A stretch of DNA of 64,000 bases, taken from the NCBI GenBank assembly GCA_050916045.1, contig CP051526.1, forward strand, positions 2,656,001-2,720,000. Reading direction: 5' to 3'. The translations under genes and the position numbers were made by a program. Source of the DNA: Tepidisphaera sp. Its GTDB lineage: Bacteria; Planctomycetota; Phycisphaerae; Phycisphaerales; UBA1924. The first letter of the stretch is position 1; each line of letters opens with the position of its first letter. The notes beneath the pieces are model-generated. The model ran no database searches, had not been told where the DNA came from, and worked only from the letters and a program-made list of their open reading frames with translations. Shown here in pieces: positions 30,653 through 41,700 of the stretch.

Positions 30653-32011
30653 GTGATGCTGCTGAACAAACGTCGGATCGGAATGTCACTCCTTGGTCTG
30701 CTGGCGATGGCGGGGACGGCGCTTGCGGAGCCGCCGACGGATGCGCAGATCGAGTCGGTCATCACGAAGATCGCCGAAGCCGGGAAGGACGAGAAGGACC
30801 GGGCGGCGCAGACGAAGCTGAAGCAGGAAGCGGCGAAAGCGGCGGTGGCGGAGATGAAGCTGGGCGAGGCCTCGCTCGCGCAGATCGAGAAGCTTGTGGA
30901 TGCGCGTATTCTGGGGATGTACACGGACCTGCGGGATGCGGCGGCGCCGCGGCTTGCCGAACTGGCGAAGGGTTCGGGGAAGGATGGGGCGCGAGCGGCG
31001 GAGCTTTACGCGGCGTACCTGCCGATTGATCGGCGGACGCAGGATCCGGACAAGATCGCGAAGAACAACGAGATGGCGGCGGACGCGATCCTCGGCGCGG
31101 TGAAGCACGCGGGCTATGGCGAGCTTGTGAAGTCGGGGAAGGGTGATGGCGTGTTCCGCCCGCTTTCGTCGCTTCCGGCGAAGGTGATCGCGGACAAGAA
31201 GCTTCTTGAAGCGGTGGAGCCGTTCATCACGACGGAGCTTTCGCCGCAGACGGTGAATTCGCTTCGGTCGCTGATTTCGACGATGAATGACGATGAGGCG
31301 AAGGATGTGCTTTCGTCGGAGCTTCGCGAGAAGATCCGCTTGCGGATCGTGGCGGCGGCGGATGCGGCGATCGAGAAGAACAAGAACGCCGAGGGGCCGG
31401 CTGCGCAGCAGGTGAAGTTCCTGAAGGACACGAAGGCGCTGGCGGATGGCGCGTGGGCGAAGGGGACGCTGATCGGGAACCCCGCGCCGGCGATCGAGTT
31501 GACGTGGGTGTCGGATGATGGCAAGCAGAAGAGCTTCGCGGACTTCAAAGGCAAGGTCGTGATGATCGACTTCTGGGCGACGTGGTGCGGGCCGTGCCGC
31601 GCGGCGTTCCCGAAGATGGCGCAGCTCGCCGAGCGGTACAAGGGGCACGATGTCGTGATCCTCGGGCTGACGAGCGTGCAGGGGTTCCACATCGGGACGG
31701 ACGAGGAGAAGCGGGCGCGGATCGACTGCAAGGATGATCCGAAGAAGGAGATGGAGCTGATGCCCGGGTTCATGAAGGGCATGGGCGTGAACTGGACCAT
31801 CGCGTTCGGGGACAAGAGCTGCTTTAACCCGGACTTCGGCGTGCAGGGGATCCCGCACGTGGCGATCATCGACTCCAAGGGAATTGTGCGGTACAACGGC
31901 CTGTACCCGAACCCGGTCGAAGAATCTGAGAAGATTGATGCGCTGCTGAAGGAAGCGGGCCTCAAGGCTCCGGAGAAGCCGTTCGAAGTGGCGGCACCGG
32001 CGAAGAAGTGA
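30653..32011 (+). CDS. Exported TlpA-like thiol-disulfide oxidoreductase with long helical N-terminus
   Basis: Signal peptide ALA-E; KGKVVMIDFWATWCGPC; GIP cis-Pro loop. Confidence 0.88.
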   Translation: MMLLNKRRIGMSLLGLLAMAGTALAEPPTDAQIESVITKIAEAGKDEKDRAAQTKLKQEAAKAAVAEMKLGEASLAQIEKLVDARILGMYTDLRDAAAPRLAELAKGSGKDGARAAELYAAYLPIDRRTQDPDKIAKNNEMAADAILGAVKHAGYGELVKSGKGDGVFRPLSSLPAKVIADKKLLEAVEPFITTELSPQTVNSLRSLISTMNDDEAKDVLSSELREKIRLRIVAAADAAIEKNKNAEGPAAQQVKFLKDTKALADGAWAKGTLIGNPAPAIELTWVSDDGKQKSFADFKGKVVMIDFWATWCGPCRAAFPKMAQLAERYKGHDVVILGLTSVQGFHIGTDEEKRARIDCKDDPKKEMELMPGFMKGMGVNWTIAFGDKSCFNPDFGVQGIPHVAIIDSKGIVRYNGLYPNPVEESEKIDALLKEAGLKAPEKPFEVAAPAKK

Positions 32012-32071
32012 GTTGACTGTGATCCCATCTTGGTGAGACCGTCGGGAGGGCGAAGGCTCTTCCGGCGATTT

Positions 32072-32584
32072 ATGGCGAAGAAGAAGAAAAAAGCGAAATC
32101 AAGCACGCCGCTTCCGGGCAGCGTGACGTGGATGGACCTCACGGTGGCGGACGCCGACCCGGTGCGCGATTTCTATGCGGAGGTTGCCGGCTGGCGGCCT
32201 TCGCCGATTGAGATGGGCGGGTACTCCGACTATGTCATGACGGCGGGCGAGGGCGCGGGGCTGACGGCGTTCGGCGTCTGCCACGCTCGCGGGGCGAACG
32301 CCGAGCAGCCGCAAGCGTGGATGATCTACATCAACGTCGCGGACCTGGACGACGCGGTGGCCAAGGTGACGACGCACGGCGGACGGGTTGTGCGACCCTC
32401 GGTCGCGTGCGGCGGCATGGGGCGGTTCGCGATCGTGACGGACCCGTCGGGGACGGCGGTCGGGCTGTTTGAGACGGCCGCGCCGTCGGAACCCGCGAAG
32501 AAGGCGCCCAAGGCGAAGAAAGCTCCAGCCAAGAAGGCCGCAAAGAAGCCGGCGAAGAAGCTCGCGAAGCGAGCGACGAAGTGA
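32072..32584 (+). CDS. VOC (glyoxalase/bleomycin resistance) protein with Lys/Ala-rich tails
   Basis: WMDL..FY..GW..WMIYINVADLD..GG.V..GRFAIVTDPSG; tail KKAPKAKKAPAKKAAKKPAKK. Confidence 0.85.
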   Translation: MAKKKKKAKSSTPLPGSVTWMDLTVADADPVRDFYAEVAGWRPSPIEMGGYSDYVMTAGEGAGLTAFGVCHARGANAEQPQAWMIYINVADLDDAVAKVTTHGGRVVRPSVACGGMGRFAIVTDPSGTAVGLFETAAPSEPAKKAPKAKKAPAKKAAKKPAKKLAKRATK

Positions 32585-32621
32585 TCCGGAGCTGATCGAT
32601 AGCCCAAACCCACGGCCGAAC

Positions 32622-34322
32622 CTACGGATTGTTCTGCTGCGGCTTCTCGCCCGTCGTCGCGGACGGATCGCCCGTGTGCTCGAGCCCTTCGGGGCCGCCG
32701 AGGGGGAGGGTGATTCGGAAGGTTGCACCGCGGCCTTCTTCGGAATCGACCTCGATCGTGCCCTGGTGTTCTTCCACGATGCGTTTGGCGACGGCGAGGC
32801 CAAGGCCGGTGCCGCGGACGCCCTTGGTGGTGTTGAAGGGGAGGAAAATCCAGGCTTGCTTGAACTTGGGGATGCCGGGGCCGTTGTCCTGCACGGCGAT
32901 CTCGGCTTTGAGGCCGACGCCGGAGGTCGCGGCGGGCGGTTGGCCGCCGGACCAGCCGGCGCGGATGGTGACGACGCCTTTGTTGGCTTCGACGGCTTCG
33001 ACGGCGTTCAGGATGAGGTTCATGAGCGACTGGTGCATCAGGTGCGGGTCGAGCATGACCGGGGGGAGGTCCTTGTCGACGTCGGAGATGACGACGACCT
33101 GCTTGCTTCGGGCTTGGCTTTCGACGAGCTGGAGGCATTCGTCGATGAGGGGGCCGAGTTTGGTGAGTTCGGGCTCGACCTTGCGCTGGCGGCTGAAGGT
33201 GAGCATGTTGAGGGTGAGGTTGACGATGCGGTCGAGGTTCCGCTTGAGGATCGCCCAGCCGCCCTTGGCGACCTTGAGGTCGTCCTTTTTGAGGCCGAGC
33301 TCGACGACATCCGCGCCGCCGCGGAGTCCCTGAAGGATGTTCTTGATCGAGTGCGAAAGGCTCGCGACGGTCTCGCCGATGGCAGCCAGGCGTTCGGTCT
33401 GCAGCTTCTGCTGGTACATCTCGGCGGTGGCGAGAGCCAGGCCGGTGTGCTGGCCGATGGCGTTCATAAGGGCGAGCTGCTCGGGCGTGAAGGTGTAGTT
33501 GGCGATCGAGCTGTCGACGTACATCGCGCCGTAGATACGGTCGCGGTACTTGATGGGTGAGCAGATGGCCGAGCGGATGTGGCCGCGTTGCACGCTGTCG
33601 CCTTTGGCGAAGCGCGGGTCGGTCATGGCGTTGCTGCTGAGCACGCCTTCGCCCTTTTTGGCGACGTGCTGGAGGATGGTGCGGCTGACGTGGATCTTGG
33701 CATCGTCGAGGTCGCGGGGCGCGACGGCGTACTTCACGACGGCGGGCTTGGGGGCTTCGTCGGGGTTGTCGCCCATCTGGAGGATGAAGCCGCGTTCGGG
33801 CTTGAACTCGGCGAAGATGACCTCCATGACCTGGCGGAGGAGATCCTGCCGCTCGGTGACCTGGGTGAGGATGGTGGTGAGGCGGTAGATGACGCGGAGG
33901 TGGTCGACGGCGGCGGCGCGGGGCTCGGGCTCGGACATGAGGACCGAGTCGGCGTTGCTGCTGAGCGTTCGCTCGATCGAGGTGTCGATCTGGTCGGTGC
34001 GGAGGACGCGGATGACCTCGGGGTCCTTGAGCTCGGTCTGTCCGAAGACGAAGAGGGTCGAACCGGTGCGGATCTGGTCGCCGGGGCGGAGGCGGAGGCG
34101 TTCGGCGATCTTGACGCCGTTGACGTAGGTGCCGTTCTGGCTTTCGAGGTCGCGGAGGTACCACGCGCCGTCGTCGGGGGTGAGCTCGGCGTGTCGCCGG
34201 GACACGGTGGTGTCCATGAGCGGGAGAGCTTCGCTCGAGCGGCCGATGAGCTGCGGCTCATGGTCGGGGAGTTCGTAGGTGCGGCCCTTGTCGGGCCCTT
34301 GGATGACGGTGAGTACCAGCAA
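32622..34322 (-). CDS. FHA-GAF-histidine kinase
   Basis: FHA IGR..VSRRHA..SQNGTYVNG; GAF; H-box SHSIKNIL; N, G1 (DNGPGI), G2 (GTGLGL) boxes; start uncertain (TTG 34322). Confidence 0.9.
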   Translation of the reverse strand: MLVLTVIQGPDKGRTYELPDHEPQLIGRSSEALPLMDTTVSRRHAELTPDDGAWYLRDLESQNGTYVNGVKIAERLRLRPGDQIRTGSTLFVFGQTELKDPEVIRVLRTDQIDTSIERTLSSNADSVLMSEPEPRAAAVDHLRVIYRLTTILTQVTERQDLLRQVMEVIFAEFKPERGFILQMGDNPDEAPKPAVVKYAVAPRDLDDAKIHVSRTILQHVAKKGEGVLSSNAMTDPRFAKGDSVQRGHIRSAICSPIKYRDRIYGAMYVDSSIANYTFTPEQLALMNAIGQHTGLALATAEMYQQKLQTERLAAIGETVASLSHSIKNILQGLRGGADVVELGLKKDDLKVAKGGWAILKRNLDRIVNLTLNMLTFSRQRKVEPELTKLGPLIDECLQLVESQARSKQVVVISDVDKDLPPVMLDPHLMHQSLMNLILNAVEAVEANKGVVTIRAGWSGGQPPAATSGVGLKAEIAVQDNGPGIPKFKQAWIFLPFNTTKGVRGTGLGLAVAKRIVEEHQGTIEVDSEEGRGATFRITLPLGGPEGLEHTGDPSATTGEKPQQNNP

Positions 34323-34372
34323 GCCCGACGGTAGGACCCCCGCCGGCGACCGGGCACGGTTATCCTCCGGGC

Positions 34373-34858
34373 ATGAACAGAGCACTCATCGATCTTTATG
34401 AAGCGGGCGCGACCGTTCCGGCGGCGGCAGTCGTCGGGTTGTCCGCGAGCGAGCTTGACGCTTTGCCGATCCCGGGCACGTGGAGCATCCGTCAGATCAT
34501 CGTTCACCTGTGGGAGAGCGATCTGGCGGCGACGCACCGGATGCGGCGGATTGTGGCGGAGGATGTGCCGCTTTTGATCGCGTACGACGAGACGGCGTGC
34601 GCGAAGCACCTTTCGTACGAGCGGGAAGACCTGACGCGGGTGTGCAGGCTTTTTGACGACAACCGGCGGATGACGGCGGACCTGCTCAAGCGGCTTCCGG
34701 ACGCGGCTTTCGATCGCGTGGGGATCCACAACCAGCGTGGCAAGGTCTCGCTGGCGGACTTCGTGCAGGTGTACGTGGACCACATCCGCGGGCATATGGT
34801 GCACCTGCTTCGCAAGCGGGAGATGCTGGGCAAGCCGCTGGCGGTCAAGGTGCCTTGA
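34373..34858 (+). CDS. DinB/YfiT family protein
   Basis: PGTWSIRQIIVHL..R..YDE..HIRGH. Confidence 0.85.
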   Translation: MNRALIDLYEAGATVPAAAVVGLSASELDALPIPGTWSIRQIIVHLWESDLAATHRMRRIVAEDVPLLIAYDETACAKHLSYEREDLTRVCRLFDDNRRMTADLLKRLPDAAFDRVGIHNQRGKVSLADFVQVYVDHIRGHMVHLLRKREMLGKPLAVKVP

Positions 34859-34888
34859 GGCTGAGAGGGGACACGGGGAAGAAAACGA

Positions 34889-34924
34889 AACAGCCCCGCG
34901 CGGATGCGCGGGGCTGTTGTTTTT
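34889..34924. terminator. Intrinsic terminator, likely bidirectional
   Basis: AACAGCCCCGCGC-ggat-GCGCGGGGCTGTT with T-run on the right and A-rich left flank. Confidence 0.8.
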
Positions 34925-34966
34925 GCTTCGTGACTGCGTGACTTGGCGACTTCCTGACTTCCGGGG

Positions 34967-36808
34967 TCACTTCACCATGATGACGCTCGGGGTCATGAGG
35001 AGCACGGGCTCCTTGCGGAGCTGGAGGGTCGCTTGCATGCCCTGGCGGACCTGAATCCAGGCATCGCCGAAGAGTTCCTGGCCGGCGGCGTTGATGCCCG
35101 CGAGGGGGGAGGCACCGGGGAGCTTGACGCTCGGGCCCTGCACCATGCCGCCGAAGGTGTCCTCGATCATCTCGGGGATGCTCTTCGGGCCGGGGAAGTG
35201 CATGACGTCGGGGTCGGTGACGCCGACTTCGGTGGCGAGGTCGCGGACGGCTTCATCGAGGCCGCCGATCTTGTCGGCCATCTTGAGCGCGACGGCCTTT
35301 TCGCCGGTGAAGAGGCGGCCTTCGGCGGTCTTGCCGAGGTCGATGCCGGGGCGGCCGGCGGTGACGCGGCTTGTGAACTGGTCGTAGGTCTCGGTCATCT
35401 TGCGACGGACGGTCGCGATTTCCTCAGGGGTCCACGGCGAGGTGGAGCGGAACATCTCCGAACGCGGGCCGCGGGAGCGGTCGACGACGTTCACCTTGAG
35501 CATCTTGTAGAGGCCGTCCATCGAGACGCGGCCGCCGACGACGCCGATGGAGCCGACGATGCTCGAGGGGTTGACGTAGATCTTCTGACCGCCGACAGCG
35601 GCGTAGTAACCGCCGGAAGCCGCCATGCTTCCGACGGAGACCCAGACGGGCTTCTTCGCGGAAAGCTTCTTGAGGCCCTGATAGATGACCTCAGACGCGG
35701 TGGCGGAGCCGCCGGGGGAGTTGATGCGGAGAACGACGCCCTTGATGAGGTCCTCTTCGATGAGCTCCTCGATCATGCGGCGGATGGTGCGGCTTCCGAC
35801 CGAGCCTTCGCCGCCCATGAGGCCGCCGGAGGTGGAGTCACCATCGACGATCGCGCCGTCGATGTGGAGGACGGCGATGGTCGGGCCCTTGGGCGTGGTG
35901 TCGGGCTTCTGCGAGAGTTTGGTGAGGAGAGCGAAGGGGTTGCCAACGTCCATCTCGTCGGACTTGCTGGCGAGGAGGCTGTCGTCGAGGTTCATCTCGC
36001 GGCCGTACTTCTTGTCGAGGTGGGTGACGAGCTCGGGGTAGTCGAGCGGCCCGTCGGCGAGGCCGGATTTCTGGGCGTCTTCGGAATCAGCAAGCCAGAG
36101 GTCGCTGAACGCCTGGTCAAGCTTGGCATCGTCGAGGTTGCGGTTGGCTTTGAAGGTGGAACGCATGTTGCCGTACATGCTGTCCATGAGCTGGTTGATG
36201 TTCTGGTCCCAAGCCGGGCTGGGCTTGCTGTTGACCATCATCTCGTTGGCGCCTTTGTAGTCGCCGACCTGGACGAATTCGGCTTTGAGGCCGGCCCAGG
36301 CGAGGGTGTCGGCGAGGAACATCTCTTCGGCGTGCATGCCGGTGAGCATGACGGGCGCGCCGGGCATGGCGAGGACCTCATCGGCGTAGGAGGCGAGGAG
36401 GAGTTCGGCCGTGCCGTAGGCTTCGGAGAAGACGTGGACCTTCTTGCCGGCGGCACGAACGGCTTTGATCGCGGCACCCAGTTCCTCGGTGTGGGTGCGG
36501 GAGATTTCGGCGTCCTTGAGGCGGATCACCAAACCGGCGTACTTGTCGGTTGTGGCGACGCGATGGATGGCGGTGACGGCGTCGGAGAGGGTGACGTGCC
36601 CCTCGTTGCCCATGAGCCAAGCGAGGGGGCTTGGCTGCTCGTGCAGGGCTCCCTCGATCTCGATGAGGGCGACGGTGTCGGCGAGAGCCGCGGGCGCGGC
36701 GAGAACCGCGGGGGCCGGGGCGGACGGACGCAGAGCGATGGCCGTCCCGGAGAGGGACACCAAAGCCAGGGTGCTGACGATCAGACGGGACGCGAGCGAA
36801 ACACGCAT
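34967..36808 (-). CDS. sppA: Signal peptide peptidase SppA (S49, two-domain)
   Basis: VGDYKGA; LRINSPGGSA; MAASGGYY; GSIGV; AEGRLFTG. Confidence 0.92.
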   Translation of the reverse strand: MRVSLASRLIVSTLALVSLSGTAIALRPSAPAPAVLAAPAALADTVALIEIEGALHEQPSPLAWLMGNEGHVTLSDAVTAIHRVATTDKYAGLVIRLKDAEISRTHTEELGAAIKAVRAAGKKVHVFSEAYGTAELLLASYADEVLAMPGAPVMLTGMHAEEMFLADTLAWAGLKAEFVQVGDYKGANEMMVNSKPSPAWDQNINQLMDSMYGNMRSTFKANRNLDDAKLDQAFSDLWLADSEDAQKSGLADGPLDYPELVTHLDKKYGREMNLDDSLLASKSDEMDVGNPFALLTKLSQKPDTTPKGPTIAVLHIDGAIVDGDSTSGGLMGGEGSVGSRTIRRMIEELIEEDLIKGVVLRINSPGGSATASEVIYQGLKKLSAKKPVWVSVGSMAASGGYYAAVGGQKIYVNPSSIVGSIGVVGGRVSMDGLYKMLKVNVVDRSRGPRSEMFRSTSPWTPEEIATVRRKMTETYDQFTSRVTAGRPGIDLGKTAEGRLFTGEKAVALKMADKIGGLDEAVRDLATEVGVTDPDVMHFPGPKSIPEMIEDTFGGMVQGPSVKLPGASPLAGINAAGQELFGDAWIQVRQGMQATLQLRKEPVLLMTPSVIMVK

Positions 36809-36943
36809 GCGGATCTCCTTCGGCAGGTTCTACCGAAGATCCTAGGTGCGGTTTCAATCCGCAATCGGAGCCCGATGGCGGCCCTGTGGCGGCCGCATGG
36901 CGACCGGATCGGGGCGGGAAGGGCGCAGGAAAGCTGCCCGGAC

Positions 36944-37384
36944 TCAGTCGTAGCCGAGCTCGCGAAGGTCCTCCTCCGACAGGCCGAATTGGTGGCCCAT
37001 CTCATGGAGCAGGGTGACCATGACCTCCTCGTAGACGGCGTCTTCGCCGCCCGGGCCGGTGTCGTCATCTTCGGAAAAGTCCGGACGCGGCTCCCACCCG
37101 CCGGCGAGGGAAATGATCCCCTCACGGAAGAGGTGGATGCTGCTCGTCAGAGCGGGATGCTCGACCGAGGCTTCGGTGTCCGGCGTGCCCGAGTGCAGGC
37201 CGCAGATTTCAAGAGCGGCTTGCGTGTCCGCGGGGTCGATGTCGAGATCCCGGAGCATCTCCGCGGTCGGCCGGTCGAGCACCACGACCGGGACCTCGTC
37301 CAGAAGCTGGTGCAAGCGATCGGGCAAGCTCCCGATCGCTTCTTCGACCAAAGCGTCGAATCGCTCGCGTTCGATCTTGGTCAC
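36944..37384 (-). CDS. Minimal zincin metallopeptidase family protein (DUF1025-like)
   Basis: FDALVEEAI..LP..GL..G..I.LFR..TLLHEMGHQFGLSEEDL..LGY; GTG overlaps upstream stop. Confidence 0.85.
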   Translation of the reverse strand: MTKIERERFDALVEEAIGSLPDRLHQLLDEVPVVVLDRPTAEMLRDLDIDPADTQAALEICGLHSGTPDTEASVEHPALTSSIHLFREGIISLAGGWEPRPDFSEDDDTGPGGEDAVYEEVMVTLLHEMGHQFGLSEEDLRELGYD

Positions 37385-38412
37385 GGCTGGGCCCCCTTGG
37401 CGGGCGGAGACGGGGCCGGGGAGGGGATCGGAGGAGGAGCGGCGGGCGGTGCTTGTCTTGCCGGTTCGATCGGCGCGATCGTGTCGAGATGAAGGGGTGG
37501 CGCGATGATCGAGTGTCGAAGCCGGAGGATGTCGATGACCACGCCGAAGATCCCGAGCAGGATCAGGAAGGACCCCACCGCGATGATCGCCGCTCCGAGA
37601 CCGGCGAGAATGTCCGACTGGTCGGTCTGCACGCCCGGCGCTCCCAGGCGGAGCACATCCCCCATCGCCGCCAGGCCCACGGCGGCCAGGATCACGAGAA
37701 GCGTCTGTCGGTCGACGCGCCCCGTCCGCATCAGCAGCGAGCGAGAGACCAGGAGCCGGCCGTTGGGACGGATGCCCAGGATGAGCACCGCCATGCACGC
37801 CGCGCAACCGAGTCGGAACATCGAACGGACCGGCCCCAACCGCGGATCCAGACTGGTAAACGGCGGCCCGCCCTGCGTATCGATGACCGCGTGCAGCTGC
37901 CACGTGAGATACGCGAGCGGAAAGTGCGCGAGACAGGCCAGCGCGGCGGCCAGACTGTGAAGGACGGTGATCTTCGCGTGCGGGCGCACAAAGGCGACCG
38001 CAAAGACGCCCGCCAGAGCCAACAGCAACGCCGGCACCGAGCGCCACTCCGGCGCCAGCGCGAGGTCGGGCCCGCCCAAGGCGCGAATGAGCTCCTCTGA
38101 CCGAAGCAGCACGACAGCGAGCGCGGCGCCCAGGCACGACAGGCTCCAGAGGATGAGGGAAACGGCCGTCGGGATGGGCCAGTAGATGGGCGAGAGTTCT
38201 CGGGCGTGCGGGTCGACGGTGGCGAGAATCGTGCCGCGGACCGGCGTTCCGCATTCGGGGCAGACGGCGAGGATCGACAGGCCGCGGAGGTTGTACCGGC
38301 ACTTGGCGCACGGCAGGTCGCCCGTGAGCACACGGATCCACGCTTCGGCGGGGATTTTCGAGGTGTCAAAGGTGACCCGTTCGGGCGGGTTGTCGGACGG
38401 ACGGTCGATCAC
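37381..38412 (-). CDS. Membrane protein with N-terminal zinc ribbon
   Basis: CAKCRYNLRGL..CPECG then about 6 TM segments; start uncertain. Confidence 0.75.
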   Translation of the reverse strand: MIDRPSDNPPERVTFDTSKIPAEAWIRVLTGDLPCAKCRYNLRGLSILAVCPECGTPVRGTILATVDPHARELSPIYWPIPTAVSLILWSLSCLGAALAVVLLRSEELIRALGGPDLALAPEWRSVPALLLALAGVFAVAFVRPHAKITVLHSLAAALACLAHFPLAYLTWQLHAVIDTQGGPPFTSLDPRLGPVRSMFRLGCAACMAVLILGIRPNGRLLVSRSLLMRTGRVDRQTLLVILAAVGLAAMGDVLRLGAPGVQTDQSDILAGLGAAIIAVGSFLILLGIFGVVIDILRLRHSIIAPPLHLDTIAPIEPARQAPPAAPPPIPSPAPSPPAKGAQP

Positions 38413-38512
38413 TTCGCAAGGGCTCCCACGCGGAACGCCTGCCGTCCGCAACGCGCAGTCTACCCGAAACCATGGATCGCCACAAGCGGAAGCGGTTCAT
38501 ACCCTCGACGCT

Positions 38513-38743
38513 ATGGCACGTCTCGTCAAGTTGGATCAGGCCGGACCCGTCAAGATCGAACCCGGGCACGAAAGGCCCGTATGGGTGTGCGCGTGCGGGC
38601 TCTCCAAGACCTTTCCGATCTGCGATGGAAGCCACAAGACCACCGCAAAGGTGGAAGAGCCGGGCAAGCTCTATCAGTACGACCCGGTCACCCTCGCCGT
38701 TCTCAAGGTCGAGGACCTTCCGCCCGCGAAGCCGCAGGGTTGA
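38513..38743 (+). CDS. CDGSH iron-sulfur domain protein
   Basis: CACGLSKTFPICDGSH. Confidence 0.9.
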   Translation: MARLVKLDQAGPVKIEPGHERPVWVCACGLSKTFPICDGSHKTTAKVEEPGKLYQYDPVTLAVLKVEDLPPAKPQG

Positions 38744-38754
38744 GCGGGTGCGGG

Positions 38755-41700
38755 TTATTCGGGCTTGCCTGGAACGCCCGTAATCCGTTCGGCGATCAGT
38801 TCGATGGGGTGCACGGCTTTGCGGCCGGCGCCGTCGTGGATCTGGTGGCGACAACTCGTTCCTGGCGCACAGACCTGGGCATGGGGAGCGTCTCGGAGCG
38901 CGGGGAAGAGCGTGAGTTCGCCGATCCGCATGGAGAGGTCGTAGCGGTCGGTCGTGAACCCGAACGACCCGGCCATGCCACAACAGCCGGTGTCGAGCAC
39001 CTTGAGGTCGTCCCCGAGAATCTCGCGGAGGATCTTCGCGGAGGATTCGGCGCCCCAGAGCGCCTTCTGATGGCAGTGGCCGTGGAGGACGACGGGGCGG
39101 AGAAGTCGGCCACCGTCGGCGTCGTCGCACATGGCTTTGAGCTGGGCCGCGTGGTCGGCGCGGGCGAGGAACTCCTCAGGGAGGAAGCACTTGGCCGCGA
39201 GCTTCTTGCGAAGGGCGATGGGGGCTTGAAGGTTGATCTGAAGCCAGTCGTCCTTGATCGCCGAGAGGCATGAGGGTTCGGCGACAAGGATGGCTTCCAC
39301 TCGTTCGTCGTCGATGAGCGGGCGGAGGCGTTCGATCGTGGCGTCAACCTGGTCGATGGCTTCGGGGAGAAGGCCGGTTGAGATGAAGGAGCGTCCGCAG
39401 CAGCCGGCGTCGGCGAGGGCGATGTGGTAGCCGAGGGCTTCGTAGACGATCTTGGTGGCGCGTCCGATGCCGGGCTCGTTGAACATCGTGAAGCAGTCGC
39501 CGAAGAGGGCGACGCGAGGCTTGGCGTGCGCGGGTTCGGCGCGGAAGTCCGAAGCGAGCGAGCGTGCGAACGCGGGCACGTCGCGGCGGGGGTCGATCTT
39601 GGCGAACTTCTTGAGCAGCCATTTCACGAGCGGGGTGCGGTTCATCCAGTTCGCAAGCCCGGGGGTGAGCGAGCCGAGGCGGTTGAGGGTGCGGACGTAG
39701 CCGAACATCATCGCGGAGAGGGGCGGGCCTCCGGCGGCTTTATATCGCTGCGAGGTGTACTCGGCTTTGAGGCGCGAGATGTCGACGTTGCTGGGGCACT
39801 CGGTCTTGCAGGCTTTGCAGGAGAGACAGAGGTTGAGGGTTTCGATGGTTCCGGGGTCGTTCCAGACGCCGCCGGGGGTCTCGGGGGCTCCTAGCTGTCC
39901 GGAGATGGCAAGGCGGAGAGCGTTGCCGCGGCCGCGGGTGCTGTGGCGTTCGTCGAGGGTGGCTTGATAGCTGGGGCACATGGTGCCGCCGGTCTTTTTG
40001 CGGCAGACGCCCGCGCCGTTGCACATCTCGACCGCACCCTCGAACCCGTGCTGATCGTCGTAGTTGAAGGAGGTGTGGACCGAGGGGAAGGTTGTGGGCC
40101 GATCGATGGCGGGCTCAACGCGAAGTTTCTGGCTGATGGACTCGATGGGCCGCGGCTCGACGATGTTGCCGGGGTTGAGGAGGTTCCGCGGATCGAAGAT
40201 GGTCTTGACGTCACGGAACGCGGCCATGATCTCGGGGCCGAAGAAGCGTTCGAGAAGCGGACCACGGACGCGGCCGTCGCCGTGCTCGCCGGACATGACG
40301 CCGCCGAGTTCGCGGGCGAGATCGGCGGTCTCGACGGCGATAGCTTGCATGATCTTCCGGTCGGCGGTGTCGTGGATGTCGATGAGGGGTCGGACGTGGA
40401 GGACGCCGACGGAGGCGTGGGCCCAGTAGGCGGCGATGGTGCCGTGCTTGGTGACGATGGCTCGGAGGCGCTTCACGAATTCGCCGAGGCGTTCGACGGG
40501 GATGGCGTTGTCTTCGATGAAGGTGATGGGCTTGCGGTCGCCCGGGACACCGTGGAGGAGGGGCTCGCCGGCTTTGCGGAGCTTCCATGCGTTGAGCATG
40601 GCTTTCGCGTCGGTGTGGTCCTGGCGGGCGATTCCGGGCATGATCTTGGCGAGTTGGTCGAACTTGGCCTGAATCTCCTCGGGTCCGTAGGTGGAGAAGT
40701 ACTCGACGTAGAGGACGGCTTTGAGGGGTTTGCCGTCGGCGGGGAGGGGCATGAGCTCGACGTAGCGGCGGTACTCGGCGTTGGCGGAAGCCAGTCCAAC
40801 GACCATGTCGTCGAGGAGTTCGACGGCGCTGGGGCCGGTAGCGAGGATGGGGATGACGGCGGCGATCGCTTCGTCGAGGTCGGAGAACCCGAGCACGCTG
40901 AGGCCCTTGGATTTGGGCTTGGGATGAAGGGCCAAGCGTGCGCCGAGGGTCACGGCGAGGGTGCCTTCGCTGCCGCAGACGAGGTGGGCGAGGTTGACCT
41001 CGGAGAGATTCGCGGGGTCCTTCTCGATCGCGGCGAGGACCATGTCGAGGGCGTATCCGGCGTTGCGGCGGACGGTCTTGGGGAAGCGTCCCTTGATGAT
41101 GGGAGCGATCGGGAGGATCACATCGGCGACGCGACGCGTCAGCTCGCGGACGCGGGGATCGCGGAGGGCCGCTCCCTTGTCGAAGGTAAGGCGGGTGCCG
41201 TCGGCGAGCATGACGTCCACGCCGAGCAGGCTTTCGCTGGTGCGACCGTAGCGGATGGATCGCGAGCCGGCGGCGTTGTTGCCGATGGCGCCGCCGATGT
41301 TGCAGTGTTTGCTGGTCGCGGGGTCTGGCGCGAAAAAGAGGTTGGTGCGGCGGCCCAGAGCGTCGTTGAGGTCGTCGACGGAGATGCCGGGCTCGACGAA
41401 GCACTCGCGCCCTTCGGCGTCGATCGAGAGAACCTTGCCGCAGAACGCGGAGAAGTCGATGACGACGGCCCGGTTGGTGCACTGGCCTGCGAGGGAGGTG
41501 CCGCCGCCACGGGGGAGGATGGGCAAGCTTCGCTTGGAGCAGAACTCGACGGCCGCGACGGCGTCCTCGATGTCGGCGGGGATGACGACGCCGAGGGGCT
41601 CGACCTGGTAGAGCGATGCGTCGGTCGCGTAGAGCATCCGATTGTGGCGATCGAATCGCACCTCGCCCCGAACGGCGTTGGCCAGATCGCGGGCGACCGC

